A stretch of 52,132 nucleotides of DNA from Proteromonas lacertae (lineage: Eukaryota): positions 558,001 through 610,132 of the forward strand of contig NGBS01000871.1 of assembly GCA_002245135.1 (NCBI GenBank), read 5' to 3'. Below are positions 13,423 to 27,438 of this stretch, in pieces. The notes under the pieces are model-generated. The model searched no databases. It was not told the DNA's origin and saw only the letters and a program-made list of their open reading frames with translations. Each line of letters opens with the position of its first letter. Within the stretch, counting starts at the first letter, position 1. The translations under genes and the position numbers were made by a program.

Positions 13423-14230
13423 TAAATATGTTTTTTCTTCTTCTTTTTTTTTTTATGTGATTATTATTAAAGATATTCACATTCCATAAGTTTAAATACA
13501 ATTAGGTAAAAATGTACAAACAAATAATTATCTATACATACAAGAAATGACAGCACATTTATTTATTAACAAAATATATACGGAATAAACTGTTCAGCCT
13601 TTATGTACTTCAAATTTTGTGATTGAGTAGAACTGTTTATAATTAACTAAAATTTACTATTATTCTTGTTCTTTAATGATTATTGAATATTATTTATACT
13701 ACTATTCATTATATACAAGGTATAAAAGAATATTAATCATTTATTGCGAAGGATTTCAAAGATATTTTTATTAATGATAAAATAGACTCATTTTATGGAA
13801 TTAATCACATAGATATGAGCATATATTAACCAAAACATATGTGGATTAAACTGTTCAGCTTTTATATACTTCTAAATCTGGAATTATTCAAATCTATTTT
13901 GACAAATTTGGGATTATTATCATTATTAAACGAAATAATAAAACAAATTATATAAATAAATATCAAATCAATATCTTCAAGTGATATAAGAATATATTTA
14001 AAAAAAGTCTAATTATTAACTCAATTAGAAAGAGTCATTCTTGCAAACGTGGAGAGTAGATACTTTTTCACTATAATGAACTAGAATATGAGAATATAAT
14101 CGTTATATCATAATCGTAATACCTTTAACTCAACTATATAACATTTGAGATTTGATTGGTTAGCTTGTCAAATTATAGAATATTATTGGTTAATAGAAAA
14201 CTCATTTTGATTGGTAGTTGATTAACTGTA

Positions 14231-17200
14231 ATGAAATCAATTATTTTGAGTATACTAAGTAAAATATATTGTTAAAATAGTAATCATTGGAATATTGAGT
14301 GTATGGGCAGTTGATCTTAGAAGTTCAAGTATTTTTATCACTCGTAATTTTAATAGGAATACTACAGACAGGAAGTACAGTTCCAAGTGGAACAGTAATG
14401 AAATTTACAACAGATAAAACTGTAACCTATTTAGTAAGTGATGAAGTAGTAGTAGCTCAAATAGGAAATGATGCTAATAACTATCTAGTTTATCGAGTTA
14501 ATAGTCGAGATGCTGTTGATAAAAGTGATGTAAAGAAAGGTAGTTTATACAGTTTATCAATCGATAAAAGTGTAAGTGGAACATGTAGTGGTACAGCTGG
14601 TTCAGGAAGAGAAACAACCTGTGAAGTTGAAGCATCAATTCCAAGTCATTGTCCTGGTCAAGCTGGTGTAAAAACATGTATGATATAATGATATAATCAA
14701 TTATAATGAACTAGTAAAATCATTAACAATAATATATACCAAAGGATCAGAATCAGCTCCATCTGGAAGAAGAGGAAGATTATTAGCTGATACTATGACA
14801 ATAAAAGGTGTATATAATGATGATAGTGATATAAGTGTTGATGCAGATCCTTCAGTAATATCAGGTGAAGGTATAATAAATAAATAATAATATATAATAG
14901 AATTAAGCAATGCTGAAAAAGATTTACCAAAATATTTAGATGGTAGTTATTGTGATGGAGTTGCAAATGTAAAAGGAGAATTAGTTCCAAGTGGAACAGT
15001 AATAAAGTTTACAGTTGATAAAACTACAACCTATTTAGTAAGTGATGAAGTAATAGTAGCTCAAGTAGGCGATGCTAATAACTATCTAGTTTATGAAGCT
15101 GTAAAAGGAGAAGCAGTATCTGGTGATAAATCTAAAGGCAGTAAATACAGTTTGAATTTAAAAGTAGATAAAAGTGGAAAATGTAGTGGTACAGCTGGTT
15201 CAGGAAGAGAAACAACCTGTGAAGTTGAAGCATCAATTCCAAGTCATTGTCCTGGTCAAGCTGGTGTAAAAACATGTATGATATAATGATATACCAAAAG
15301 ATCAGAATCAGCTCCATCTGGAAGAAGAGAAAGATTATTAGCTGATACTGTGACAATTAAAGGTGTATATAATGATGATAGTGCTGTAGTTGTGGATGAA
15401 AATACTGCTATTGTTTTAAATAATGACACTAAACCTAGTATTTTGTGTTATGTTTATTGTCTATAGAAAAAGCAGAAGCTGAAGAAATGTTAAATAGTTA
15501 TAAAGATGGTGATTATTGTTATAGTGAAGAATTAACTACACCTGATTATGTATCTACGCCTGAGTTGACTACTCCTGATGTTAAACTTCCGTTAATATGT
15601 CCATATGAAAAAAATAATGTTAAGTTGATTGTTGATAAAGCTAACACCATTCGAACTATTTCTCCTAAATATCTAGATTATAAATATGAAAATTTAAAAT
15701 GCAATGATGGAAATGAAGGTATAAATTTAGTTAATAATGGCAATTTAACAGTAAATGCAAGTATGAAGATTGATTATAAGAATTGTAGAATAGAATGTAG
15801 TTATGGTGAAAGAAGTGGCTTTACAACAGTAACAATTGCAGTTGTAGAATATGAACCTTATATTAATAAATTTGCTTCAAAAGTTCCAGTTGTAGTTAAT
15901 TTTTCTCAAGAATTTCAAGCTAAAATTATTGTGAGTTATCCTATAATAAGTGATGTTAGTAATGATGACTTGGTTAATCAGAAAAATATAGTCAAAATGA
16001 ATGTTAGTTTAGATGATAGTTTTAGTAGTAAATTTAAGTTAGAAACAAAAGAAAAGGATCAAACTAATGCTACTATTTTTGAATGGAAAGATTTAATTAT
16101 TACCAACTCATCATATGAAGTTACTACTGGAACAACAGAAGTTATAACAAAGTTTATAAGTAATTATACTAATTTAGAAAGATCTTATAAAATTAATGTA
16201 TTTAATGGAGGAGATGGTATTAATATTTATTTATTTATTTACTATAAAAGGTTGTACTTATGGTTTTGATCCACAGGGATTGTGCTGTGAAAGAAAATAT
16301 GTTGGAGAATATTGCACTAAAGTTCAAGTTGCTTATTCATTTGTTGATAGTGGTAATGGTGGTGGTGGTAGTTTTTATAATTTTGCAAATTCTTTTGTTG
16401 AATCGATAAAAAATCTATTCACTGGAAGTTCATTTTGGGTTATTAACAAATCAAATGGTGATGATTATAGATATAAAAAAATCAGATTAATAATTAAGTA
16501 TATAGAGAATAGTAATAATACAGATGATGAAAATGTAATTCCAACATTAAGTAAGATAGAAAGTAGAGAATTAGATGAAGGTAATTCTATTTGGAATTCT
16601 TTAAAAGAAAATGAAGCTATTGATCCAATTGAATTTGCTAATACTGTATTGACAGTAATAGCTCCAAGTGATAGTTATGTAGAAAACACTGAAAATGTGA
16701 ATGCTGATGTAAATAATACAATTCAAGAATCAATAAAAGAAATACCATCTGAAGTACTTACAGGTGAATTAGGTGAAATAGTAAAATCATTTACTAAATC
16801 AGAAATATTTGTTGAAGCTATAAAGAATATTACATTAGCTGCTCAAGAACATGATGTAAAGAAAGATCCAAAAGAATACTTCACTCCTACAACACAACTT
16901 GGTGAAGAAGTTGATCACTCTCCATCAGAAAAGAAGCCTTGGGCAGAAGAGTATTGGTGGGTGATATTAATAATATGTGTAGGAGGTGTTTTATTAATTG
17001 GAATAATAATAGCAATAATAGTTGTTTCAACATCAAAATCTTCAACTAAATAGTCAAAGAAAGATTTAGAAAAGAGTGAAAAGATAATGGAAACAATAAT
17101 TCCAATCGAAAAGATGAGAGAAGAGAATGGTGTAACAGATGAAGATATATATAAACCATTTAGTTATGAAGTAATAATGGAAGGATATTTATTGAAAGAA

Positions 17201-17683
17201 GGAAGTGATCGAATAATGGATAAATGGCAAAAGAGATATTTTGTATTATATTTTGAACCCTGTGTATTAAGAATCTATGAATCAATGATTCCTAGTTATT
17301 ATGGGAAAGTATATATTGATGAGAAACAAAGTATTCCATTAGAATGTTATAATGGAATTGAATATGTTGAAGGAAGTAATGAATTTCAGTTATTATTGAA
17401 AGTGAGTGAATCTAAGTTAAAGACTTTTGAAGTAGGTGAAAAAGATCGAAAGATTCATTTGAAAGTAGAAGGAAAGAATGGAGTAGAAACAGCGAAGAAA
17501 TGGGTCGAATGTTTTAGAGATTATAAAAATCAAAAACCTAAAGCTGGAGAAGCTTGGACAAGACCATTGATAATTGATGAAAGTAATGGAAAGATCAGAA
17601 CAAGTACAAATAAATCAGTTGAAAAGAAGAATGAAGAAATAGTATTAAAAGCTCAACAAAGAAGACAGGAATATGATAATTAG
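14231..17683 (+). CDS. type I membrane surface protein with duplicated N-terminal domain and cytoplasmic PH domain
   Basis: Spliced signal peptide MKSIILSILIIIGILSVWA, two ~600-nt domain repeats, a Cys-containing ectodomain and TM helix YWWVILIICVGGVLLIGIIIAIIV. An in-frame downstream PH domain follows (MEGYLLKEG..DKWQKRYFVL...AKKWVECF). The TAG at 17051 is removed if 17024-17053 is a 30-nt intron. Confidence 0.65.
14378..15385 (+). repeat. intragenic tandem duplication (period about 598 nt)
   Basis: The blocks CAGTTCCAAGTGGAACAGTAAT...ACATGTAGTGGTACAGCTGGTTCAGGAAGAGAAACAACC...AAAACATGTATGATATAATGATATA recur near-identically at about 14380-14830 and 14985-15385. Confidence 0.9.
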
Positions 17684-17816
17684 ATTTAAATGTAGAAAAC
17701 AATACAAAGAATTTATATAATTATATACAATTTGTTAATGAATTTGTTTTTGATTTGATAGAGATTTTTAATTTATAAAACAAAGGAATAATGTAATAAT
17801 AATCACTATACAATAA

Positions 17817-20800
17817 TTATTCAATATTTTTAAATTCAATAGATAATTCTTTCTTTTCTTTTTCTGAAATTCCATCTAATATTATTCTATGAATTGTTGA
17901 GAATGTTTGTAAGAATGATATTAATTGTGATTTATATATACTCTCATTCACTATTATTGATAATTCTTCTAAACATTCAAACAGTCCTTTGCTTTGTTTC
18001 ATTAATTCTAATTCTATACCATTCAATTCATTTCCTGAAAGGTTTATTTTATCTAATTGTTTACAACATCCATTCCAATATCTATACATATTATATTATT
18101 ATCATCAAATACTTGATAGATTCAATGAGTATGAACCATTATCAATCGAAACATACTCTACAAATTTATTTAATACTTACATATCAATTCTACACCTTCA
18201 TTTCCAATTGGATTGTTACATATTGAAATATATCTAACATCTTCTGCAAAACAATCTGTTAATTCTTTTAATCCTTTGTAAGTGATTCTATTATTGGATA
18301 AATCAAGTTTCCAATAATCAATTTGTTTTATCAAGCATATATGAGAATCTCTTATATTTAATTCTATTTCATTACAAATATATATTACATACTCGAAAAA
18401 TCATATATTTTATCAAAATGACTATTCCGCCGTTGAATGTTCTTTACTATACAATAATCCAAATAAAATTCCAATTCTTCATTTGTCCATGATGAACATT
18501 TCATTTCTACAAATGGATTAGATCCACAATAATGACCATCAGATAATTCTATACAAATTGATTTTAATCCACACATTCTGATGCTATTACTTTTTAGATT
18601 GATTTGATTAGTTTCATTTAAACAACAAATATAATCTGCTAATAAGAATATACTCTCATCATCTATTGATATATTCCTCATTTTTATTATTTCATCAAAT
18701 TCTAATAATTTAATATTATCAAGTAGTAATTTAAATCCAATATTACCAATTGGATTATCTATTGAACAAATCATTAAAAACTAAATTTAATATATATACT
18801 ATCAACTATTAGCTTATATATTTTATAATTCTCTTTCACATAATTCATCAAATATTCTATTCCTGATGAATCTATATTATTACCACTTATATCAAGTCTT
18901 TTGATCTTCTTATGAATATTCTTTAAACCATCTAATAAATACTTTAATCCAACTGATGATAATCCCATTTCTATTTTATATTATATAACAATGAATATAC
19001 TTGAACAATTTAATACATCACCATCATTAATCAATAAATCTAAATGAGGAGATAATATTAACATTCCTGAATCTCCTATTTCATTTCCATAAAATTGAAC
19101 TTCTTTGAGATTTGGTAATGAAGATAAATTGTCTATAAGTGTTTCTACACTTTTATATGTTAGTTTATTATCTAAATAATAGAAAAAAATCAAATTATAC
19201 CACTCAAATCCAACTTTCTTATTTTTCTCAATTCATTTAATCTTAATAACATGAACAGGTTGAAAAGTTCATCATTAATTGCTAATCTACATAGATATAA
19301 TCTATTATTATCATTTTTGATGTATTTCAATATGTCTGGAATATTTTTATCTATTAATAATTCCTTACTTCTATTAAGATCAAATAACACTTTTGATATA
19401 GGAAATTTGGAGAATAAGGCTTTTAATCCTCTTGAATGAATATTATTCCTTGTAATATTAATTTTCTTAATATTTGGATATTTGTATAATTCTGATGATA
19501 ATAATATCATCGATTCATCGTTCAAATACATTTCTCTTAGATACAATTCATTCCTTTTGTTGATTAATAGATGTAAATATGGAAGTAATAGTTCAAAGCT
19601 TTTTGGCCCAATTGCATTACCTAATTTAAAGAATATATAAAATAAAATAAATACAATGAAGATCTACATATTTCAATTTCATGAATATAATTGATTTCTT
19701 AAATGAACTAATGAAACTAAAGCGAAGATTACTATTTGATAAATCCATTTCCTGTAAATTTGATATCTGCCTAAAATATGATCAGAATAATGATTGATGA
19801 TGAAATGGAATATTTATATCACAATGGATTCTATTAGGATTAATTAACTTCAGTATTTTGAAGAAATAACACATTCCTTCTTTACATAAACAAATACATC
19901 TTGAATTAATTTCAATTAATTTGTCATCATTACAGAAAAAATTAACATAAAACATCATTTCATCTAAATAGCTTCCTTCATTCTCTATACATTGGTGTAC
20001 TATATGATATTTTAGATTATCTGTTATTGAATAATCTTCTTTATACAATCTCATTGTCAATAATATTAATAATACTCTTTCACTATATTTGTTATTATAT
20101 AATTCTATCATTCTATCTCGAATTTCTATTCAATAATATTAAATATTATATATATATATACCTTCTCTTTTATTAAATCCAAGATAATAATAAACACTTT
20201 TATGAAAGGGGAATAATTGTAGTGAAATGTCATTATTATATAATATATCCTTTCTTTCTTCACATATCATTAAATAATTCTCTCCATCTCTTAATATTTC
20301 ACTCATTTTTATCATCTCTTTTCTCAACTCTTTTATACTCAATCTATCTTCACTCTTCACTTTTAACATCCCTTCTATCATTTCTTTCATCATCTTATCA
20401 CACTTTATATCATAAATGTATATACATCTCAGAATATTATTCATTGTTTTGATGATATTATTATCTTCATTAAATGGTAATTTCTTACAAATCATTTCAT
20501 ATAATATACAACCAATTGACCAAATCACACTTCTTTCATTAAATTCTAATCCATTCAACTCTTCTGGGGGTTTAAAGCAAATATCATACACTCTCATATT
20601 CTGTTCTTTTCTTAATATATTTAAACCTATATCACATATTTTTATATCACCATTTTCTTCATATATCACATTACTACTCTTCAAATTACCTATTTCTACG
20701 TTATATTCACGTAATATTATTAAAACATTACATAGTGAACTAATCATACTACACATGTCACTACTACAATACGAATCACTATTAATCATTTCTTCTAAAT

Positions 20801-21119
20801 CTCTATGGTAATAATCTCTTTCCAATATCATTTTATAATTATCAGATATTTGTATTTTTGATGAATAAATGAATGATAAACAGCAATCTAACAACAGATG
20901 GTTATTTTCATAGAATTTTAATATCATCTCTTCTGAAACTGTAGCTATATTTAACATTTTTAGTACTTTCATATTATTCTGATGTTGTATTGCTACAGTC
21001 ACTTCTATACCTCCATTTACATCTTTTCTCTATTAGATCGAAATATATTGATATACTGCACCGTTAGAAGGTAATATGGAGAATGTTTGACTCTCTAAGA
21101 CTGAATTAATGCTAAACAT
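17817..21119 (-). pseudogene. pseudokinase + LRR protein, copy 2, with in-frame TGA at 19782-19784
   Basis: Same architecture as copy 1 (GNLKSSN, KICDIG, PPEEL, WSIGCILYEM, then LRR exons). The frame reads HQSLF*SYFRQISNLQEMDLS where paralogs read SLFGSLFSQL or PLFALYLSQL. Confidence 0.7.
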
Positions 21120-21303
21120 TTTTTTAACATCTAAAATGACAATTTCAAGCCAAGCTAATTCTTTTTAATTTTCTTAGTTTTTATTTAGAAGTATTTACTT
21201 TTTGAAGTTAAAATTGCATAAATTGTTATTCGAATGATAGTTAACATTCGATAAAAACAATTTCATTAAAATATGCCATTAACAAAGAATTTCATTAATT
21301 ATT

Positions 21304-22511
21304 TCATTTTTTATTATTGTTCATTCTTTTCTTTTTCCTATCATTAATACGTTTCTTTAAACTACATAAACTACATTGCTGGAACTTTAATCTATTTTCA
21401 TTTTTACATTCTTTTATTAATCTCCAGAATAGTTTATATGCATGACAATGTTTACATTTTACTGAATATTTAGGTGATGGGTTTTCATTACACTCTTTAA
21501 ATAGAACAGGATTATACTTCATAATACAGGATTTACATAATGCATTATCATCATTTTCAAGTCTATTAATTTCATTATATATTCTTTATTCTTTTTATAA
21601 TTAATAAACTGGTTTATCTGATTTATTTGTTTATCATTTTTATCATTTCTTTCTTTATTTTCTTCTTTTCCTTTTTCAATTATTTCCTTTATCATTTCTA
21701 CATTAATTTTTGTTTCATCAAAAAATTCATATGCTAATGCTTTTATTTCTTTCTCTTTTCTCTTATTTCTTTTTTTTATACTTTCATCATCATTATCATT
21801 ATCTCTAATACATTTTTTCTTATTACATTCTTCATCTTCATCATAATGTGGTTTTTCAAACTCTCTTTTTACAGACAATTCATCTCTTTCTGCTTCATTT
21901 TTCTTACATCCATTATCACAACAGCTACTACTTTCATCATCATTCAACAGAATATTTCCCATTTTTGAATCAAAACTATCATTCACATTTACATCATTTA
22001 TATTCTTACTAACATTTATCTCATCAATATATCTATAATAGCTTTTATTACACAATGTCTTACCACACTCACTAAACACATCACTTACTACATTAGTTAA
22101 TACACTTAATACATGTTCTTCATTGTATTTAAATTCATTCTTCTCATTCTCAATTGTTTCAATATTATATAGATTATACTCCATTTCATGATTATTTTGA
22201 CCATGTGTATCATAATTTATGCAATTGGTACATTGTGTTTGCTGTATATCAATAAAATCGAAGACTGAAGAATTATTATCAGTAGATAATGGTGAATTTG
22301 GTAAACTGTATGAGATGTGCGTTATTTCAGGATGTTGTTCATTTTGGTTGTTGAGCTGAATCATATTTTGTCTTTGTGTTTTGTATATCTCTTCACTAAA
22401 TTCATTTTGTATGTTATTATAAGTTTGAGTTTCATCTGTTATATTGTTTGAATGTTCGTGAGTGTTGTATGTAGTGTTATCGAATGTAGAGTGGTTAAGA
22501 TGTTGAAACAT
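21304..22511 (-). CDS. hypothetical low-complexity protein with C-terminal CxxC...CxxC motif
   Basis: A 330-aa N/E/K-rich ORF plus an adjacent 72-aa ORF (KCKHCH...QCSLCS, basic tail), probably joined by an intron near 21500-21535. No recognisable family. Confidence 0.5.
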
Positions 22512-23049
22512 ATCTTGTACAAGTTATTTTAATCTAATTGTATATTTAATGTAAAGAAGACTTACCAGATAGATTGAAATGCAAATCAAAGCTTTGAAGA
22601 ACATTTATATATCTTTATTATATATGTTCTGGAGTTGATATTTAATGGGTGTATTGTGATGTAATAGATGATATGCGTTGTATAAAAGTTGTTTTAAAGT
22701 TGTTCAGATTAATTAGCGAGTAATATAAGAAATTGTGGTGATGATAGATAGTGATATGTTTTAGGAATGACTGACTCATTTACTTCATATCGCACTTTGT
22801 TTATAATTTCTTTAACATTAGTTAAAGAAGTTACTGTGATTATTAAAATCTCTAATGTGATTAATACCGTATGATTCACATTCTTATATGTATAACTGTC
22901 ATATCAACATAACTACTCAATCTAGAACATAAATGCGTTTCTATTTTACACTTCTCTTTTTATTTCAGAATCGTTGTAATTATATTTGCTTAAGTGACAA
23001 AACACATAATCACAAAAAATAAAAACAATTATTAAAATATCATTTCTTA

Positions 23050-25179
23050 TTAAAGAAATAATAATATTATCAATAAAATACATACAAGTGTAATTAATAA
23101 ATAATTCATCTTCTCTATTGAATTATAAGATGATATTAAAACTTCATAATTATTCTCTAACAATTTCATTTTTTCATTCATGTTATTATATGTCTTATTT
23201 AACTCATTTATTATCACATAATCTAATGACATTGATTGAGAATGAATATCAAAATATTCATTATTTCTTATTAGTGAAGATTGATTTATACCGAAGAAAT
23301 AATATCTTTCTGATAATGAAGAAGAAGAGGATGATGATGAAGTTGAAGGATTTGATTCATTATTACACTTCTATTTATGATTATATATATTATAATATCT
23401 TTTATTTATACTAATGATTTTGTTTTGTTTAATAAATTTTCATATTTTTCATTTGTTTCTTTGAATTTCTCTTGATAATGAAAGTTGATTTCATCTAAAT
23501 ACTTGTTCAACAATGAAACATCAATTTCAAGTGATTTTACTATATATATATATATACATAAATACAATAATATAATAATATACTTTTATCTGTTAATATT
23601 TTGAATATACTATTTGCACTATCAGGAGTTACAGATCGAGATGATGGTATGGATGATGATAAAATAGGTGTTGTTGGTGTAGCAGTATTTGTAGCACCAG
23701 TTGTAGTAGCAGTTGCTGGAGTTGTTGGATTAATGTTTGTATTTATTGATGATGTTGGATATACAGTGTTATTTGGATCTGTTTCATTTATTGCTTTGTT
23801 TGAACTATTTGTTTCACTTTTTACTTTTTCAGTTGGTTTCTTAATGGTTGAGTTATTATCTTTGATATTTTCATTTATTGCTTTTTTCTCATTTTCTTTG
23901 TTATTAGTAATTGTTGTTGTTGTTGTTGTTGTAGTTTTCATATTATTATTGCTTATATTTGTTGAAATTGTTTTATTTGTTGATTGTTTTTGTTTTTGTT
24001 GAGATGGTTCAGTTGTTGGTTCTGATGTTATATTCATTCTATTATTGTCATCATTTACTGTTTCTTCTTTTGTATTATTATTATTATTATTATTACAACT
24101 TTCTGTTATTTTTACTTCTTCTTTTTCTTCTTGCTTACTATCTTCTCTTTTATTTACATCAATCTCTTTGTTTTCTTTATTCTCATTCTCATTATTATTT
24201 GTTATTGATTCATCTTTAATTGTTTCATCTGTTGTAGTTGTTGTTTGTTTTGGTACATTCTGGATATTTTGAATTGCTTCTTTCACTTCCAAATTACTCT
24301 GGACCAAATCATCTTTCAATGTCTCCATCACTGTCTTACCATAAACACTTATTGAAGTTATTGTCCATACATCTTCTTTACCATAATGATTAATAAATCG
24401 AAACTTTAGAAATCTTGCCCAATCAGGCGATTGTAATCGAAATATTTGAGGACCATTTCTTTCTTCAGCTTCAAATTCTCCTAATAACAACCATTCAGCT
24501 GTTGGATATTCACTTGAACCCATTACTCGGAAACTACGATAAGTGCTGGAATATCTTTCATAATTCGCTAATACTACTGTATCAACTAGAATCTATTCAA
24601 TAAATAAATAAATAAATAATAATATACACTTTCAGATAAACCAATAACTATAAATATTTTATCATTTGTATCACTCTGACAGTATTTATCTTTAGCAGAA
24701 TTTAACACTTTTTTACAGTCTTTAGCTTCTTCATTACAACTCAATACAACTGCTCCTGCATCCACACTAGCGTAATTGAATCGATCAGAGAGTGGTATTT
24801 CAGCTAAGTTTTGTTGTTCTTTGATTGTTTTCTCATTTGTGTCGTTTATAGATGGTTCTGAGATGATTCGAGGTAACATTTCTTCTTTAAATTCTTTTAA
24901 ACTCTTTATACTCCCATCTTCATTCATTGAAAAGGAAAAATTGGAATTAGACGATGATATATTAGTTATATTATTCTCACAAAGCTCTACATCATACAAA
25001 TATGAAACATTTGTGTAATTTTGGAATTTGTAAATATCTAAATACGATAATTCTGTGTATGGACAAGTCAAATTGCCTTCACCAAAAGATATGTTATTCT
25101 GAGAAGTATTATTCTCAGCACTTAATACGTTCGACATAAAAATGACTTGAACAATAAAAATACACAATTTCAATTTCAT
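23050..25179 (-). CDS. mid-SUN domain protein (Slp1/SUCO-like)
   Basis: Signal peptide, then SUN domain RFNYASVDAGAVVL...KDKY...LANYERYSS...YPTAEWLLLGEF...RFLKFRFINHYGKE...SISVYGKT. Coiled coil SIFKILTDK|KSLEID..LLNKYLDE and a C-terminal TM helix follow. Confidence 0.85.
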
Positions 25180-25267
25180 GGAATAAATATTGCTAGAGAA
25201 AAACTAAGAAAATTAAAAAGAAAAAGCTTGGCTTGAAATTTAATTTTAGAAATCTATCTATTTTTGA

Positions 25268-26462
25268 ATGGAGGAATTAGCTGATCTTGAAATTGCAGGC
25301 GAAATCAGAAGAACTACAACATGCACTGTTCATGAGGGCAAATTTAGAGGTGAAAAGGTTATGATAAAAGTATATCCTATTTCTGGAATGGATGAATCAG
25401 AAAAAAATAAAATACAAGCTGAAGTATAGATTTATATATTATAATTTTAGTTGCATGCTTTAGAAACAATTCATAATCGTTATTTAGTTCATTATATCAC
25501 CAGTTTTCTATATGAAGAAAAATTCTATGTAGTTTTAGAATACTTTTATGGAAATACACTAGAAGAGTATATCAGAAGGTTGAGAATTGATGGAAGATTA
25601 TTAACAGAGCAAGTATATAAACAAATAATAATATATTTATAGACAGTATTACGTGCATTAGTGAATTTATTGTACGGATTGAACTATCTCCACAGTTTAC
25701 ATTTAATTCACCGAGATATTGCTCCAAATAACATAATGATCAGTTTAGGAGGTGAATTCGTATTAAGTGACTTAGGATTCATTCGAAAAATAGATGAAGA
25801 ATTTAACACTAAATTAACAGTAATTGGAAATCCACTTTACCGAGCACCTGAAATTTTAAAACAACATTATGATTATAAAGTAGATATATGGAGTCTAGGT
25901 TGTGTTATCTATGAAATGTGTACTTTAGAACCACCATTTAGAACAAATGATTTATTTATATTTCAAAACGATTCAAATATTTCAATATCTCGAATTCCAA
26001 CCTATTACAGTGATGAATTTAATGAATTAATAGAAAATATGTTACAATTTGATTCTACAAAGAGATATAATACAACGCAATTATTGAATTCAAATATCGT
26101 AAAGACATTTATAATGGATCAAGGGATAAATGGATTACCTTTTTCATTAGATGCATTAATATATGATCCAATGAAGGAAGGGACTGAGTTTAATGAACCA
26201 TATGATCCAACTAATGCAATAATTACAGCGAAGAAGATAATACCGAAGGTGGATTATGATGAGGAAGAAAATGATGATGAAGATGATGTTGGTGAAGTAA
26301 TTACGAAGAAAGAAGAACCAAAGAAACCTAAAAAACCAAAGAAAGATAATAATATTCCAAAAGTTCCAGTGAGGAAAGAATCGGATGGAGTTGTTTTATT
26401 ACCAACATCAACATCAACATCATCAACAACAACAGAAAAAGTAAAAGTTATAGCTAAAGAAG

Positions 26463-26493
<31 letters not shown>

Positions 26494-27252
26494 TAAAAAA
26501 CCAAAGAAGCCAAAAAAGCCAAAGAAAGTTGATAATACACCACCACCATCAACAATAGTTAATAAAGCAGTTGAACCTGATTTAACTAGTACGATCGTAA
26601 TGGAAGTTCATGATGACACGCCAACAATTAATAAATTCTATAATAATGAAATAGGCTCACTTCCTTCACACATATTTATCAATTCAATTATAGAAGATAA
26701 TTCGTTTCAATATTTCAAATATACAGCTGATAGAATGTGGTGGTTTCCAGTGAATTTAAAATCAACAGAATATCCATTAGTTCCCACTTTAGATAAAGGA
26801 GAATGGACTGCTTTTTCATTTAATACAGAAATGATGAATAAATTTTATAAATTATTAGATAAATCTTTGAATTATTTAGGTTATGTTCGACAAGAGAAAT
26901 TGTTAAATTATACTTCAAATTATACTGAGTGTTTTGAGTATATATATTTCTTATTATATATATATTAGGAGATGGGGAAATAATCATGAAGAATATACAT
27001 TTATTAAAAGAATGCTACAATGTTTAAATTTCTTAAACTTATTTCATATAACTGAAATGATTGGAATTAGATTGTTCTTTGATACAAAAGATAAGAAATA
27101 TAGATGTTATTTCCCAGAAGGTAAATCTATTTTTAAACACTATTGGTTATTACAGTATTTATTATATATATATATTTATATATTTTATGGATAGTATGAG
27201 ACAATCAAAGAAATATGATGGAATTAAAGCAGAGTTAGATAAACCAGAATAA
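25268..27252 (+). CDS. Ser/Thr protein kinase, NEK-like, with long acidic/Lys-Pro-rich C-terminal extension
   Basis: Motifs VMIK, HRDIAPNNI, SDLG, GNPLYRAPE, YDYKVDIWSLGCVIYEMCTLEPPF. Several mini-introns. Confidence 0.8.
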
Positions 27253-27438
27253 ATAGTATAATTGAATAATGACGTGATAATTATCAATTATTTTAATATT
27301 GTTGTAAATGAAATTGATGTATATCTCTCTTCAATTTAAAATGAATAAAATAAGTTTGATGATGGTTTGATATGTAATAAAAAATAGAGTGGTTTTTATT
27401 TTTAATTTTCATTTTTCTTTTCTTTTTGATTTAAATCA

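Larger units (their letters stand above)
21141..25240. repeat. 42-bp inverted repeat pair (21141-21182 and 25199-25240)
   Basis: 25199-25240 reads AAAAACTAAGAAAATTAAAAAGAAAAAGCTTGGCTTGAAATT. The reverse complement of 21141-21182 reads AAAAACTAAGAAAATTAAAAAGAATTAGCTTGGCTTGAAATT (40/42 identical). Confidence 0.85.
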
